64,000 nt of DNA, from the NCBI RefSeq assembly GCF_009914755.1, contig NC_060938.1; one strand, written 5' to 3'. Below the pieces are notes generated by a model, which saw only the letters and a program-made list of their open reading frames with translations, did not search any database and was not told the DNA's origin. Positions 61,661-64,000 of this stretch are shown here, one piece after another. A program made the position numbers and the translations under genes. Every line of letters starts with the position of its first letter. Position 1 is the stretch's first letter. Origin of the DNA: the human T2T-CHM13v2.0 reference genome, Homo sapiens.

Positions 61661-63399
61661 AGTTCCATGAGATTTAGAGCAGGGGTCTTCAGAATGAGTT
61701 GGACCTAGACAATCTTTTGAGATGAAGGAAGAAAACATGGTATTATTTACTTCTATTGATTTTTATCTGATTCTGTGCTAGTTTCAATTTCTTGTATATG
61801 TTTTTAAATGTACCTAATAGGTGAAGATGGGAAGACATGCATAAAATGCATAGACACATGACATACTGGGGGATATGTGCTGAAACAAATTTTACAGATG
61901 GGGTAAATAACCCAAAAAGTGTGGAGACTACTGAGCCCAGATAGGTGGCCATCTGTATATCTCTAAATCCTAAAGACAAATAAGAATGATTTCTTTTTTT
62001 ATAATTACAAGTGCCCTGAAGAGTTTATCATCTATTCCCTCAGCTTACTAAACATGTCTGGGGAGCTACTCCTTGCCCGTATCAGGGGAGATTTATGTTG
62101 TTGTTACTGTAATTATTATCTATGAGTGCTCGTGAATAATGGTTCATAGAATTGTATTCTTTCGAACAGACTAGAGGCAACAGAAAATTGATCCATTAAA
62201 AACTGTGCTTTTCTTAAACTTCTCAATTTGGCCCCTCTCCTTTTTTCTTTCTGCACTCGAAGACAACAATTTAGGATCCTAAAGTTGCCAGAATTACTAA
62301 GCACTAATAATATTAGGGAAAGGCATTTGGCAGATCTCAGCAACTTTCCCTCCCAGTCCTACCCAGTTGTATTCAGGCCCAATTTCTGGTCTCAGACCAG
62401 ACTTCGAAGAGCCTGGCCAGACTGAGGGAAGTGAGTCTCATTAACCCCTGTCTCCAACCACAGGGACTCTGCTCATGACCCCTTGAAAACCTGTCAATAA
62501 GGAAGGCTAGTATACGCATCCCCATTTTTTTTTTTTTAAAGTAATTGTGGATCTAAGACCCTGGAAGTCAAAGAGAAATCCTGTCAGGCCTCATGGTCCC
62601 CTGAGGAGGTCATGGTCTACTTCAGGCCTGACAGCAACTTGGCCAAGTTCACTCTGCTTGGCGATTAGGCAAGACCCATTTATCTCCATTTTAAGGGGGA
62701 AAATCCCCTACTGGGATGCTGAAGTAGGCCAGTTTGTCCTGGCTCAGCTGAGCTCAGACTCATTCAGTGGTCTTGCAATTAAGCAGGACTTAAAAGCTCT
62801 TTGGAATGACTTCCCCTGGCAGATATTGCTGAAATGTGAGAGAGTATTTCTGGTATACATGGTAGCCTTGCATCGAATTATCCCAGCAGAATGTTTGAAA
62901 TGGAAAAAGTCAATGCTATGTTGGTGACATTAAAATTGTCTCTTTGGCTGAGTGGTTAATCTTCTTTCATTGTTTAAATGTGCCTACAAGGCCCAGGAGA
63001 GTCACAAATCTGCGCGAAGGGGAACACTGCTCTTAGAATTAGCTGGCAGATATATGGCTTTTCTGACTGCTGGTGAGGAGGCCGTACAGGCTGTGCATTA
63101 CTTATGCCATCAATACTTGGGAGTCACCATGACCCATGTCCTGAATAGGTGCCCCTTTGACAGGAGCATAAGCAGAATTGGCCCCCAAAGGCACGTTGCT
63201 TTTGAGACCAATCAGGCCATTTCTAGTTTGGCCTCTCCATGGTGAAATGAGACATAATGTCATTTTAGGACAACATCGGTCACCCACAGAGCCATGTAAA
63301 AGGCCTGATAGCCTTGCTCAGACCACACATAGTTAGATTTGTTTCTCACCTTTCTGGAATAAATGGAATGTGACTATGTAGCAAAAGCAAAAAGGTACT

Positions 63400-63600
63400 C
63401 TGCCAGCAGATAGATCTGGTGTGGGATACCAAGTCTTCTTTTTTATGGATGTGAGATCTTAGGTTAAGTAACAACATTTCTCTGGGTCTTGGTTTTCTCA
63501 CCTAAAATGGGGCTAATAAGACCTACTCGACAGGTATTATTGTGGTGAGGGTTAAATGAAATAATGTATGCAGAGCACACAATGCACACTCAATTGTGTT
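63400..63600 (+). mobile_element. MIR
   Basis: taaaatggggctaataagacctac..ttgtggtgagggttaaatgaaataatgtatg. Confidence 0.7.
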
Positions 63601-63754
63601 TGCTCCCTCCCTTTCCTTCTCAGCAAGGCAGGAAGCTGACATGTTTGGTCATTATATTGTCTCTATTTGCAGTCATCAATAATAGTTGTGTTTCTCTTTG
63701 TGTACAGCCGAACAATACTAAGGCTTGCTTTGGCTTCTTTCTCTCAATAGTATT

Positions 63755-64000
63755 AATTCATTCTTTTATTCATTTATTCAGCAAACATGTATTTTTCTGG
63801 TGCTATGCAGGTGCTGGGGACACAAGGTTGAGCAAGTTAGACTGTACCTGTCCTCATAGAGCTTCTAGCTGATGACCAAGGCAAACAGAGCCCCTCTAAA
63901 TCCCACAACCTGGCTTAGCAGGTGGCTGGGGAGGCTCCCAAAGGAAGTGGTGTTTGAGTGAGACCTGAAGGAAATAGGGATATTTGGCCACATTCCCTCC
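63755..64000 (-). mobile_element. L2 3' fragment
   Basis: ttcattc-rich terminus followed by caggtgctggggacaca..gagcttcta. Confidence 0.55.

Overview
Primate (human-like) intergenic DNA, dense in repeats. I can support no intact host protein-coding exon; most ORF-track entries are L1, Alu or low-complexity artefacts. The left 33 kb is a stack of nested insertions. (1) An old ERV1-class provirus on the - strand (two diverged LTRs at about 1070-1523 and about 17950-18911) is inflated to about 18 kb by an internally rearranged L1, Alus, MLT2 and MER31/67-type LTRs, DNA transposons, and a 5'-truncated NCOA4 processed pseudogene joined directly to an L1MA body. (2) A full-length, dead L1PA6/7-like element shares one perfect 16-bp target-site duplication (TSD) with a 5'-truncated Alu in front of it. 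(3) A full-length FTH1 processed pseudogene keeps a degenerate iron-responsive element and is split by a MER51-type LTR. (4) There is a 35-nt tailless U2 snRNA retrocopy. Retrocopies of the ferritinophagy receptor (NCOA4) and its cargo (FTH1) therefore lie about 20 kb apart on the same strand. The right 30 kb is ordinary repeat-rich DNA with a solo HERV-W LTR17, a MER50 LTR, STRs, a perfect hairpin and a few possible enhancer-like unique stretches. Repeat subfamily names and parent-gene comparisons come from recalled consensus sequences, not from a database search, and boundaries of old elements are approximate.
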